A stretch of 64,000 bases of DNA from Candidatus Latescibacterota bacterium (GTDB lineage: Bacteria; Latescibacterota; UBA2968): contig OZ242320.1 in the NCBI GenBank assembly GCA_965208125.1, positions 832,001 to 896,000 of the forward strand, read 5' to 3'. The notes beneath the pieces are model-generated. The model was not told the DNA's origin. It ran no database searches and worked only from the letters and a program-made list of their open reading frames with translations. Positions 28,301 to 37,622 of this stretch are shown here, one piece after another (position 1 is the stretch's first letter; each line of letters starts with the position of its first letter). The position numbers and the translations under genes were made by a program.

Positions 28301-30416
28301 GAACCGGTTGGGCAAACGCAACAGTACCAAAATCAATCGCCGTTTGCTGAACACTGATCGCTGGCACAGGTCGCGGTTGAACGATCACGAACACAGATAA
28401 TATCTGGGTTCCACTCTTCGGATCATTACTCGAAATAGTGATATTACCTGAAAACGTGCCCTCCGTCGAACTCGGAAATGTCACCGTCACCATCTGTGAA
28501 CCATTAGGTGCCAGTGTAAACATCGTAGCATCAAACGTCAGCCCCGACACATCACTCTCTATACCTGTAATCTCAAGAGGCGCTGTTCCAGTATTCCTGA
28601 TCGTAATCGTATCCTGAACCGGTTGTGCAAACTCAACAGTACCAAAATCAATTGCAGTCTCCCGCACAGAGATCGCAGGCACAGGTTTCGGTTGAACGGT
28701 CACAGAAACAGATAATGTCTGTGTTCCGCGTTCCAGATCATTACTCGAAATAGTGATATTGCCTGAAAACGTGCCCTCCGTCGAACTCGGAAACGTCACT
28801 GTCACCGTCTGTGAACCATTAGGTGCCAGCGTGAATATCGTATTATCAAACGTCAGGCCCGACACATCACTCTCTATACCCGTAATCTCAAGAGGCGCTG
28901 TTCCAGTATTCCTGATCGTAATCGTCTGTTGAACTGGTTGTGCAAATGCAACTGTACCAAAATCAATCGCCGTTTGCCGCACAGAGATCGCTGGTGCAGG
29001 CGGCGGTTGGACGATTACATAAACGGATACAGGGTACTCCGCATGATCTGGATCATTACTCAAAATATTAATAAGTCCTGAAAATGTACCTTCTGTCGAA
29101 CTCGGAAATGTCACTGTCACCGTGCGCGATCCATTGGGTTCCAATGTGAACATCGTAGTATCAAATGTCAAACCCGACACATCGCTCTCTATACCTGTAA
29201 TCTCAAGAGGACCTGTACCCATGTTCGTAATCGTAATCGTTTGTTCACCCGTTTGACCTGCCTCAATAGTACCAAAATTAACTCCTTCTTGTGGCACAGA
29301 GATCGCCGGTACAGGGGGCGGTTGAACGGTCACGGACACAGATAATGTCTGTGTTCCGCGTTCCAGATCATTACTCGAAATAGTGATATTACCTGAAAAC
29401 GTGCCCTCCGTCGAACTCGGAAACGTCACCGTCACCATCTGTGAACCGCCAGGTTCCAGCGTGAACATCGTAGTATCAAATGTCAAACCCGACACATCGC
29501 TCTCAATACCTGTTATCTCCAAATCCGCGGTACCTGTATTTGTAATCGTAATCGTCCGCTGAACCTGTTGTGCAAACTCAACAGTGCCGAAATCAACTGC
29601 TGTTTGCGGTACCGAGATCGCTGGCGCAGGGGGCGGTTGGACTATGACAGACACGGATAATGTGCTTGTTGCACTATTTGGGTCATTACTCGAAATCGTG
29701 ATATTACCCGAAAACGTGCCCTCTGTTGAACTCGGAAACGTCACTGTCACTGTCTGTGAACCGTTGGGAGCCAGTGTGAACGTCGTAGTATCAAACGTCA
29801 AACCCGATACATCACTCTCAATACCTGTAATCTCCAAATCCGCAGTACCCGTATTCGTAATCGTAATCGTCTCCTGACCTGTTTGACCCGTGTCAATAGT
29901 ACCGAAATCAACTCTCTCCTGCACTGAAATCGCTGGTGCAGGTGATGGTATTTGCGCCAACAGTTCATCAACCTTGGCTTCCGCAGTAGAAATGACGTTT
30001 GAAATAAAGCCTCCGGACCATTCTACATTCCCATCAGTACCAACCACAACGAGGCGATCATACGTGGTCGTAGCATCACTCCTACTCGCACTTAGAAGCA
30101 TGGGAAAAGTGATGCCTCCATTCGCGCGAAAACCCTCAACTTGAGCACGACTACCATTCCAGAGATCGAGACCGAGCATGGCAACATTGGGGTTATCGTT
30201 ATACTTTTGCCATAATGTTTCGAGCGACCTACCTGCCGCTCTACAGGTCGGTCAGCCATACCCGATGACTGCAAGTATGAGCACCTGGCCGCGATAGTCA
30301 GAAGCACTATATGTACTGCCGTCGAGGCCCGTTAAAGAAAAATTAACCGTTTGTGCAAAAGCAGACCCAGCGAGCAAGAACAGCATCATTGGGATAGATA
30401 AAAGATATTTGCGCAT
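25356..30416 (-). CDS. 1686-aa secreted selenoprotein: redoxin (TlpA/AhpC-TSA-like, UxxC) + 14 Ig-like (ASH/choice-of-anchor-D-like) repeats + dockerin-like tail
   Basis: ATG 30416 (SD GAGGA) is in frame with the 1607-aa ORF; signal peptide ...AGSAFA, FSLTGLDGSTYSASDYRGQVLILAVIGYG-TGA-PTC; TGA at 30252-30254 followed by a SECIS; C-terminal DFDGNGVVEFTDF..DINGNGAVDFPDF. Confidence 0.85.
25546..29945 (-). repeat. 14 tandem 315-bp (105-aa) coding repeats
   Basis: LEITGIESDVSGLTF occurs 14 times with a 315-nt period. Confidence 0.95.
30222..30241 (-). promoter_or_regulatory. Bacterial SECIS element
   Basis: GAGCGGC-AGGUAG-GUCGCUC hairpin at +14..+33 from the U of UGA; GCAGGU at +19..+24 as in E. 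coli fdhF SECIS (G23, U24). Confidence 0.8.
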
Positions 30417-30450
30417 GGTATTTATCCTCATATATTGGTTAAGTTAAGGA

Positions 30451-30474
30451 TCGGGAAAAGGATTTCCCTCCTAC
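30451..30474. repeat. GTAGGAG-type REP half element
   Basis: TCGGGAAAAGGATTTCCCTCCTAC, related to the right end of the element at 43064-43148. Confidence 0.55.
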
Positions 30475-30566
30475 GGGTCCCTCAATAATGTATTACCTGT
30501 ACTAAAAGTATCAACGCTTCAATTTAACAGAAGTTTCTCCACAGGTCAATTCACAAGGAGCGAGCG

Positions 30567-31406
30567 ATGGGCATCCTCACCGAACAAAAAAAAGCGTTCT
30601 TTGACACCTTTGGGTTTCTCGCATTTCCGGGATTATTGTCAGATTGCATCGACGAAATTATCGAAGCATTTGAAACAATATGGACACAACGGGGAGGTGG
30701 ACACAACGGGCAACCGCACGACGGCAAACGCCGATCGTGTATCGTGCCATTTATCGACCAGCACGAACGCCTGTGCGCCCTCTTAGATGATCCGCGGATA
30801 AAAGAAATCCTGATCGGATTACTGGGTGAAAATTTCAATTACATGGGATCAGACGGAAATTATTATGCCGGAGACACGCAATGGCATTCGGATGGCTGGG
30901 GCAAGGAAATTCGATTTGTAAAAATTGCCCTGTACCTGGATCACTTAACGCGCGACACGGGTTGTTTGCGCGTCATTCCGGGAAGTCACCATCTCAAAGA
31001 TCAATATGCAAATAATGTCGAAAACACCGTCCGAAATTCTCAGGAGCAATGGGATATTCACGGATCAGATGTCCCTGCACTACCACTGGAAACCAATCCG
31101 GGCGACGTCGTCCTATTCAACCACAACTTAAAACACGCAGCCTTTGGCGGCAGTCCACGTCGGCGCATGTTCACCATCAACTGCAGCGAACGCTTCCCCG
31201 AAGACGAAGAACACATTGAACTGTTAAAAACACAGATTGCCGCACGCGCGCGGTTCTGGAACGATCGCGCTTACGGAAAAATCATGGTCGCAACCGCTGG
31301 ACCCGAACGACAAAAACATCTATCGCAAATCATGGCGCACGACGATCACCTCGCCGAACTCTCCGCACGCGCAAGAGAAGAAATGCCCGAGCCATCGCGT
31401 GGATAA
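30567..31406 (+). CDS. Phytanoyl-CoA dioxygenase (PhyH) family Fe(II)/2OG dioxygenase
   Basis: FFDTFGFL, WHSD, GCLRVIPGSH, PGDVVLFN..LKHA. Confidence 0.88.
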   Translation: MGILTEQKKAFFDTFGFLAFPGLLSDCIDEIIEAFETIWTQRGGGHNGQPHDGKRRSCIVPFIDQHERLCALLDDPRIKEILIGLLGENFNYMGSDGNYYAGDTQWHSDGWGKEIRFVKIALYLDHLTRDTGCLRVIPGSHHLKDQYANNVENTVRNSQEQWDIHGSDVPALPLETNPGDVVLFNHNLKHAAFGGSPRRRMFTINCSERFPEDEEHIELLKTQIAARARFWNDRAYGKIMVATAGPERQKHLSQIMAHDDHLAELSARAREEMPEPSRG

Positions 31407-31434
31407 CTCGCGATAGCCAGCCTATCAAAACCAG

Positions 31435-31460
31435 AAAGCCCTGTAACGCAGGGCTTTTTT
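31435..31460 (+). terminator. Intrinsic terminator after the PhyH gene
   Basis: AAAGCCCTG/CAGGGCTTT stem followed by a T-run. Confidence 0.8.
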
Positions 31461-31542
31461 TATTTAGGAATTCGCTCTTCGGAGTCACATATATATAGCG
31501 GGCGGAAAACAACCAATCAACAATCGTCTATCCGGAGTTACA

Positions 31543-32772
31543 ATGAGCAAACGCGATGCAGAGCAAATTCAAAAAGTATTGGCTGGCGACCAGGCTGCTT
31601 ACGAACCGCTGGTCAATGCGTATCAAGGGCGCATCTTTGCCTTTGTAGCTGGTCGAATCCGCAACTTTTCCGCAACTGAAGACATCGTCCAAAATGCGTT
31701 TGTGGAGGCATACATGCACCTCAAGTCTCTAAAATCGCCCGAAAAATTCTCAGGTTGGCTGCGGGGAATAGCACTCAATTTGTCAAACAAATGGCTTCAA
31801 CAAAAGCGTCCAGTCGTCTCAATCGACGACACATCGCGGGATATAACGCCTGAAGCATCGGAAGTTCCATTGCCGGACTTACCCGACGAAGCACTGGAAA
31901 AAACCGAAACAAAAGAAGTCGTTATAGCCGCCGTTGATGCATTGCCAGACATTTATCGAGAATCAGTACTGCTCCACTACATGGAAGGCATGACCTATCC
32001 CGAAATCGCCGCATTTCTCGACATCCCCGAAAGCACAGTAACCGGTCGCCTTCAGGTTGCGCGCAATCGCTTGCGCGACGAATTGATGCCGCTGGTAGAA
32101 GACACACTCCGCGAAAAACGTCCGACACCTCAACTGACGCGCAAAATAATAGCCGCATTACCCCCGCTATGGTACGCAGTACCAACGCAGGCGAGCCTGC
32201 TCGCCAAACTGAAAGGAACAGGCATGATAAAAATAATGGGTATCATCGGTGCAGGAATCGCGGGAACGGGATTGTACTTTGGTGGGATTTCGGCAGTCTT
32301 GAATTTAGAACAAGAAAACACCGAGCCATCTCAGGTACCCCAAATACAACTCGAATTGGAAAACCCCGCTCAAAATGAGCAGTCCGTTCCTGAGAAAACT
32401 GACGAGACAGAGGCCGTAGAATCTTTTTTACAAAAGGTCCAATCCGATTCCAATACAAGTGGCGACCCACAAACAGAAAAACTGGACTTCAGAATGGAAA
32501 GTACGCCACAAGATTCACTGGTAAAAATTGTGTACTGGCTTCCGAAAACGATTTATTCAGACTCCGTCTTTGTAGAACTCAATTGCTATAATGTTCAGGG
32601 CCTGATAGTAGCCAGGCCGGTGAATAAAATGCACAATCCCGGTTCTTATACTGTCTTCTTGTCTAAACAGGGACTTCCCGACGGAACATACTTCGTGCAA
32701 TTAAAAGCAAACCGATCACCAAAAAATGCCCAGGTGAGGAAATTGAATCTAATTTGGACAGATAGAAAGTGA
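31543..32772 (+). CDS. ECF sigma factor with fused TM segment and C-terminal Ig-like (T9SS-CTD/FlgD-like) domain
   Basis: EDIVQNAFVEAY and YPEIAAFLDIPESTVTGRLQVAR; hydrophobic IMGIIGAGIAGTGLYFGGISAVL; C-terminal YNVQG..PGSY..LPDGTYFVQL..RKL. Confidence 0.8.
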   Translation: MSKRDAEQIQKVLAGDQAAYEPLVNAYQGRIFAFVAGRIRNFSATEDIVQNAFVEAYMHLKSLKSPEKFSGWLRGIALNLSNKWLQQKRPVVSIDDTSRDITPEASEVPLPDLPDEALEKTETKEVVIAAVDALPDIYRESVLLHYMEGMTYPEIAAFLDIPESTVTGRLQVARNRLRDELMPLVEDTLREKRPTPQLTRKIIAALPPLWYAVPTQASLLAKLKGTGMIKIMGIIGAGIAGTGLYFGGISAVLNLEQENTEPSQVPQIQLELENPAQNEQSVPEKTDETEAVESFLQKVQSDSNTSGDPQTEKLDFRMESTPQDSLVKIVYWLPKTIYSDSVFVELNCYNVQGLIVARPVNKMHNPGSYTVFLSKQGLPDGTYFVQLKANRSPKNAQVRKLNLIWTDRK

Positions 32773-34064
32773 GGCTCAACATGTATTTCAACAAGTGCAA
32801 ACTGGTAGCAAGTCTGGCGATATGTCTAATTGCATATTCCCCGTGTCTTGCACAACAGCCAACCCATTCTAAAGAAGAAATGAAGCGGTTTCGCCAATTT
32901 GCGTCCGGATACCTCCCCAAGACCCCAGATCAGTATTGGGAGGGCATTCTGGGACTGGAGCAACTGCTTGCAGATTATCCCAATACCTTTTTGAAAGGCG
33001 ACATCTCCATCACCCTGTTGACTTATTACCAACAGGTCACCGATGATCCACATCTGTTGATAGAACTATGCGACAAAATGCTCGCATTGCGAATGCACAC
33101 CAATGGCGCTTATGAAACGGCTGCTCGGGCACTCGTAGATAAGAAAGTTCGGTCTGATAAAACGCTTCTATATGCACAAAACGCATTAAAAGAAGCATTG
33201 CAGAACCAGGAAAAATGGGAAAATTACGGTAAAAGAGAACTAATCTGCCGGGATCTATTGGCGCGTGCTCATCAACTCTTTGGACAACACGACCGTGCTG
33301 TCGGAGAAATAAAGACCGCGATTCGCGGTTGGCAAACCCGAGAAGATTTAGGCGACCTGGAACTGGCATCTCGGCAGGCGTCAGTAGATAGAGCAAAGAC
33401 CCACTTACTTCGGATTTATATCGACCAAAAAGCCTGGAAAACGGCTTATGAACTCGCCTCAGAATTATTGCTAACCTCAGTCATACGCCAGGATATAGCA
33501 GAACTGTGGAGCCAGGCTTATGTTGGCAAATTCGGTTCAGGTGCAGGGATGAGCAAAGCCTATGCTTCCTTAAAATCCGAGCGGAAGAAAAAAATCATCC
33601 AAAGCGTCGAAAAAGAACGCATTTTACGCTCAGCACCGGCCTTTGAAGTCCAAAAGCTGGACGGTGAAAAAATCACTTCAGAGGACTTAAAAGGCAAAGC
33701 TGTGGTACTAACGTTTTGGGCGGGATGGTGCAGCCCGTGCATTGAAGAACTGCCCTATCTCCAAAACCTCAAAGCGCAATTTCTCAAGCAAAATGTCGAA
33801 TTTTTAGCGGTAAATATCGACCAGGATGGCTCAATGCGCCGGGATATGGTCGCCAGCTTTCGGTACCAGAGCGCACCGCTCTTAACCTTTGCACTGGGCG
33901 ATCTGGAAATGCGAAAAGCGTTTGGCTCCGCCGAGATTCCCTATACATGTATCATCGATCAGAACGGACAGATTCGATATGAACGCAAAGGATTAGGTGC
34001 AGATTTCAGCGTGGCAATGGCGCATCAATTGGAGTGGATCATCGGAATGAACGAAGCACAGTGA
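32769..34064 (+). CDS. Exported TPR-like + TlpA/redoxin thiol-disulfide oxidoreductase
   Basis: Signal peptide, helical N-domain, APAFEVQKLDGEKITSEDLKGKAVVLTFWAGWCSPC; GTGA overlap with the sigma gene. Confidence 0.85.
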   Translation: MRLNMYFNKCKLVASLAICLIAYSPCLAQQPTHSKEEMKRFRQFASGYLPKTPDQYWEGILGLEQLLADYPNTFLKGDISITLLTYYQQVTDDPHLLIELCDKMLALRMHTNGAYETAARALVDKKVRSDKTLLYAQNALKEALQNQEKWENYGKRELICRDLLARAHQLFGQHDRAVGEIKTAIRGWQTREDLGDLELASRQASVDRAKTHLLRIYIDQKAWKTAYELASELLLTSVIRQDIAELWSQAYVGKFGSGAGMSKAYASLKSERKKKIIQSVEKERILRSAPAFEVQKLDGEKITSEDLKGKAVVLTFWAGWCSPCIEELPYLQNLKAQFLKQNVEFLAVNIDQDGSMRRDMVASFRYQSAPLLTFALGDLEMRKAFGSAEIPYTCIIDQNGQIRYERKGLGADFSVAMAHQLEWIIGMNEAQ

Positions 34065-34087
34065 GCGCTATAGATAATACTCAATAC

Positions 34088-34118
34088 AAAGGGACGCGAA
34101 ACAATTCGCGTCCCTTTT
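34088..34118. terminator. Bidirectional intrinsic terminator
   Basis: AAAGGGACGCGAA/TTCGCGTCCCTTT 13-bp stem between convergent genes. Confidence 0.85.
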
Positions 34119-34136
34119 GTTTTTTAATTGCCAAAA

Positions 34137-35066
34137 TTACTGCGAGAGAATCTCATCAATCTCTTCCATCTCCTCATCACTGAGATCCCAACCAACCGTC
34201 GCGGCATTTGCCGTGACTTGCTCGGGCGTAGTAGCTCCCGCAATCACAGAGCACACACGGGGATTGGCGAGAAGCCATGCAAAAGCCAGATCGAGAATCG
34301 TGTGATCGCGTTCTCGTGCAAATTCTCCCAGCGCTTCCAGAATATCAAAATTCTTATCCGTAAACATACCGCGGTCACCCTCTGCCAAACGCGTACCCTC
34401 GGGTGCTGGTTTATCTCGACGATATTTACCCGTAAGAAAACCACTTGCAAGGGGAAAATAGGGCAAAATGCCGATATTGTAATGCTTGCAAAACGGCACA
34501 AGCTCAGCTTCAACCTCGCGGTCCAGCATACTATAGCGGGGTTGCACAGTCGAAAACGCAACCAAATTCTTCGCACGCGAAGTCCAGATCGCCTCACAGA
34601 CCTCCCACGCCATAAAATTGGAACAACCGATATAGCGCACCTTGCCCTGAGCAACGAGATAGTCAAGCGCGTGCAAAGTCTCCTCAATAGGCGTATTGGC
34701 GTCTGTCTGATGAATCTGATACAAATCGATATAATCCGTACTGAGACGTCTGAGACTCTCCTCAACCTCTTTGAGAATATGATAACGCGAATTGCCGCGC
34801 ATATTCGGTCCATCCCCCATACTCATCGACACCTTGGTCGCCAGAATGAACGCATCGCGCTTGCCCTTAATCGCCCGGCCAATATAGGACTCCGACAGCG
34901 AATCCCCGTACATATTAGCCGTATCGATCAACGTAATACCTTCATCCAGCGCCCGATCCATAACACGCGCCGTAGCTCTGGCGTCGAGACGCCAGCCGAA
35001 ATTATTGGTCCCCAACCCAATAGCCGAAACCTGAAGCCCTGAATTGCCGAGTTGCCGATATTCCAT
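34137..35066 (-). CDS. Aldo/keto reductase
   Basis: MEYRQLGNSGLQVSAIGLGT, IDTANMY, SLRRLSTDYIDLYQIH, GKVRYIGCSN; start moved to ATG 35066. Confidence 0.92.
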   Translation of the reverse strand: MEYRQLGNSGLQVSAIGLGTNNFGWRLDARATARVMDRALDEGITLIDTANMYGDSLSESYIGRAIKGKRDAFILATKVSMSMGDGPNMRGNSRYHILKEVEESLRRLSTDYIDLYQIHQTDANTPIEETLHALDYLVAQGKVRYIGCSNFMAWEVCEAIWTSRAKNLVAFSTVQPRYSMLDREVEAELVPFCKHYNIGILPYFPLASGFLTGKYRRDKPAPEGTRLAEGDRGMFTDKNFDILEALGEFARERDHTILDLAFAWLLANPRVCSVIAGATTPEQVTANAATVGWDLSDEEMEEIDEILSQ

Positions 35067-35080
35067 TTTCAAACTCCTTG

Positions 35081-36262
35081 TCAAAAAATATCACCCCGAT
35101 ACAACTGCTGCAAAAATTCTGCAACGGGCAAAACATCCACACCATCAAAATAATAGCTCCGCTTGCCCGTATAAACCCCCACCATGCGATCAACGCAAAT
35201 CTGTGGAGATTGACTCATATCGCGCATCTGGCGTTCCCAGCGTCTATCCCACCGGTCAGACAGCTTAACTTCGAGACACACCACATGCGCCCGAGAAGAT
35301 ACTGTTCGCTTCCGCGTTTCAATAATAAAATCGATTTCCCCTCCTGTAGCTGTGCGATAAAATGCAATAGGACGGTGTTTTTCTCGCGTGTGATTGTACA
35401 CGCGCAACTCGTGATAAATCAACGTCTCTAACGCCGTTCCCAACCAGACGCGGTCAAGCGGATCATCGAGCAACCCCGCTGCTGCACGCGCAACACCCGG
35501 ATCAAACCAGTAGAATTTGGGCCGGGTCTGCTCTCGAACTTTAATATTCGGGCGATAAGCCAAAAGCTTGTGCCCCAAAAGCGTATCTTCCAGAATCGAA
35601 AAATAGATATCGATACTGCTGCGAGAAACCGCTGCGTCTCGCGCGAGACTTTGCGCGTTAACCTGTTGGGCATTAATCTGACCAGCAATGCTTAAAAATC
35701 GGAGAAAAGGAGGCAGATTGCGCACAACCCCCTCTTCTTTAATCTCTTCTCTAATATAGGTATTAACATAAGCATCGAGAATATCGCGGGCATACTTGCG
35801 GTCTAATTGCACCGTGGGCAACAAACCGTATTGCAGTGAAAAGTCGAGATCAAAAAGCGCACCGAGTTCTGCACTACTAAACGATTCCATATGGCGAGTA
35901 ATTGCACGACCAGCAAGCAAATTAGTACCGCCCCCTCGCAACTTGCGCGCAGAAGAACCGCAAAGCACGAACCGCCATTGTTTATTTTCAATCAACCGAT
36001 GAACCTCATCCAGCAAAGCGGGAATCTTTTGAACTTCATCCAGAACAACCCAAGTCTGCTCTGGACGATTGCCGATCAAAGCCTCGAGATGATGGGGCGA
36101 CTGAGAGAGCGTGAGATAAAGTGAAGAATCGAGCAAATCGAGATAAATCGCACCGGGCAAAACCTGGCGCAAATAGGTACTCTTACCTGTTGAGCGCGGT
36201 CCAAAAAGAAAAAACGAGCGATCTGGTAATGCCAGAAGGCGTTTTAATAAAGTATTTTCCAT
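35081..36262 (-). CDS. AAA_14 ATPase with DUF4143 and nuclease-like C-terminus
   Basis: GPRSTGKS, LDEVQK, GSSA, LAGRA, KFYWFDPG, EIDFII, LEVK. Confidence 0.85.
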   Translation of the reverse strand: MENTLLKRLLALPDRSFFLFGPRSTGKSTYLRQVLPGAIYLDLLDSSLYLTLSQSPHHLEALIGNRPEQTWVVLDEVQKIPALLDEVHRLIENKQWRFVLCGSSARKLRGGGTNLLAGRAITRHMESFSSAELGALFDLDFSLQYGLLPTVQLDRKYARDILDAYVNTYIREEIKEEGVVRNLPPFLRFLSIAGQINAQQVNAQSLARDAAVSRSSIDIYFSILEDTLLGHKLLAYRPNIKVREQTRPKFYWFDPGVARAAAGLLDDPLDRVWLGTALETLIYHELRVYNHTREKHRPIAFYRTATGGEIDFIIETRKRTVSSRAHVVCLEVKLSDRWDRRWERQMRDMSQSPQICVDRMVGVYTGKRSYYFDGVDVLPVAEFLQQLYRGDIF

Positions 36263-36330
36263 ATTGCAAATTTACAAGATTATTGGAAAAAAACAACGTA
36301 AATTTACAAAACTATTGTAAATTTGCAATA
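36262..36330. promoter_or_regulatory. 16-bp inverted repeat with three operator-like GYAAATTTRC boxes
   Basis: TATTGCAAATTTACAA (36262-36277), GTAAATTTAC (36298-36307), TTGTAAATTTGCAATA (36315-36330). Confidence 0.6.
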
Positions 36331-36376
36331 CCACAGAGACAAATGACCACCCGTAGAGACAAATTTGTATGTGAAA

Positions 36377-37195
36377 TCAAAAAGAATAAGATGCAGAGAG
36401 GGACAAAGGCGTGTGGGAGCGGTTGAATTTGAGGCGGTCCAATGGAATAGATTGCCAGGTCTCATAGCTGGCAAGTTTGCCAATAATACTGCCAATACCG
36501 GCACCGACCCCAGAAATAACAACAGTTTTGGGGCTTAGAACAATATTGGCAAGCGCTGACCATCCTGTCTCATTACTTCTGTTCAAATCGGACGAGGAAA
36601 AAATGACACCAATACAAAAACCCGTAACCAGACCGGCTTTGAATCCCTTCCCGATATGGGATGTCTTGCTCAAATTAATCGACAATTGATCGAGTTCCGA
36701 AGCCGTCAGGATTTTATACTCATCGCGCTTATGCGTATCTGCCAAAACGATCAAAGAATCGCTCACACTCGCAATAATACCCGAAAATCGGCTATCTGCT
36801 GCTTCCGCAATGCCAATAACGGCTTGGTGCCCGGGTATGACGCCGGTCCGGGTCAAAAATTGACGCGCCTGGGGATTGAACTGCACGGCAATTTTTTTCG
36901 TCTTCTTTACGCGCAAATGATCAATAGACTGGTAGATAATACGGCGTCTATAGGGCAATTGGTCTGTGATAATTGTAACCGCATACCCCTGTGTGCGATT
37001 GATATAGCCTCGAAACCGACTTTTTTGTGCGCCAACAAAATACGCACCCTCGACATACGTCCCGATATCGAGTTTTTGTATTTTCTCTTTTGCATCACTC
37101 GCATAACTCTGCGTACAAAGCTGTCCCAGCAGAAATATCAGAAGTATCAAACAGATCTTAAAAGCGGGAAAAAAAAAGAAAGACAAGATAGGCAA
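36377..37195 (-). CDS. Hypothetical exported/membrane protein
   Basis: Hydrophobic N-terminus, Gly-rich hydrophobic hairpin, C-terminal LSLSASYSF; no family recognised. Confidence 0.55.
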   Translation of the reverse strand: MPILSFFFFPAFKICLILLIFLLGQLCTQSYASDAKEKIQKLDIGTYVEGAYFVGAQKSRFRGYINRTQGYAVTIITDQLPYRRRIIYQSIDHLRVKKTKKIAVQFNPQARQFLTRTGVIPGHQAVIGIAEAADSRFSGIIASVSDSLIVLADTHKRDEYKILTASELDQLSINLSKTSHIGKGFKAGLVTGFCIGVIFSSSDLNRSNETGWSALANIVLSPKTVVISGVGAGIGSIIGKLASYETWQSIPLDRLKFNRSHTPLSLSASYSF

Positions 37196-37212
37196 TCCGT
37201 GAATGGAAAATA

Positions 37213-37575
37213 TTACGTTTTGTCTTTGGATGGAATATAGCGATTGGCAAGCTCGACATAATCCTCGCGAATCGGCGAAAAAATATCGAGAGCGACACAG
37301 GGACCATCTACTGCCTCAGCCCGGTGTGGCACATGGGCGGGAATGAGAAAGGCCTCGCCGGATTCAACCGTGCGAGTCTCCCCATCAATAGTGAACTTCA
37401 TCCTCCCCTCAAGCATCATCCCCCCCTGCTCATGGGGATGGCTGTGCATCGGCACGACAGCACCCGCATCAAATTCAACGCGAGAAAGCATCAAATTCTC
37501 CCCATAAGGCGTCCGAATGCGCACGCCAGGCGCGACTTCGTTAGCAGGATATTTATCCCAATCAATAAACGACAT
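37213..37575 (-). CDS. Cupin domain protein
   Basis: VPMHSHPHEQ and IPAHVPH cupin motifs; start moved to ATG 37575. Confidence 0.85.
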   Translation of the reverse strand: MSFIDWDKYPANEVAPGVRIRTPYGENLMLSRVEFDAGAVVPMHSHPHEQGGMMLEGRMKFTIDGETRTVESGEAFLIPAHVPHRAEAVDGPCVALDIFSPIREDYVELANRYIPSKDKT

Positions 37576-37622
37576 CTTGTTCAGCTTTCGAAAAGTGACC
37601 AACAGGAATATTTTCTGTCCTC

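Noticed and set aside
25546-29945. CRISPR array or diversity-generating retroelement
   Set aside because: The 315-bp repeats are in-frame coding units without spacers; no cas or reverse transcriptase gene is present.
30180-30416. Pseudogene or nonsense mutation at the 5' end of the giant repeat gene
   Set aside because: The stop is TGA at the catalytic Cys position and is followed by a correctly spaced SECIS-like hairpin; the rest of the frame is intact.
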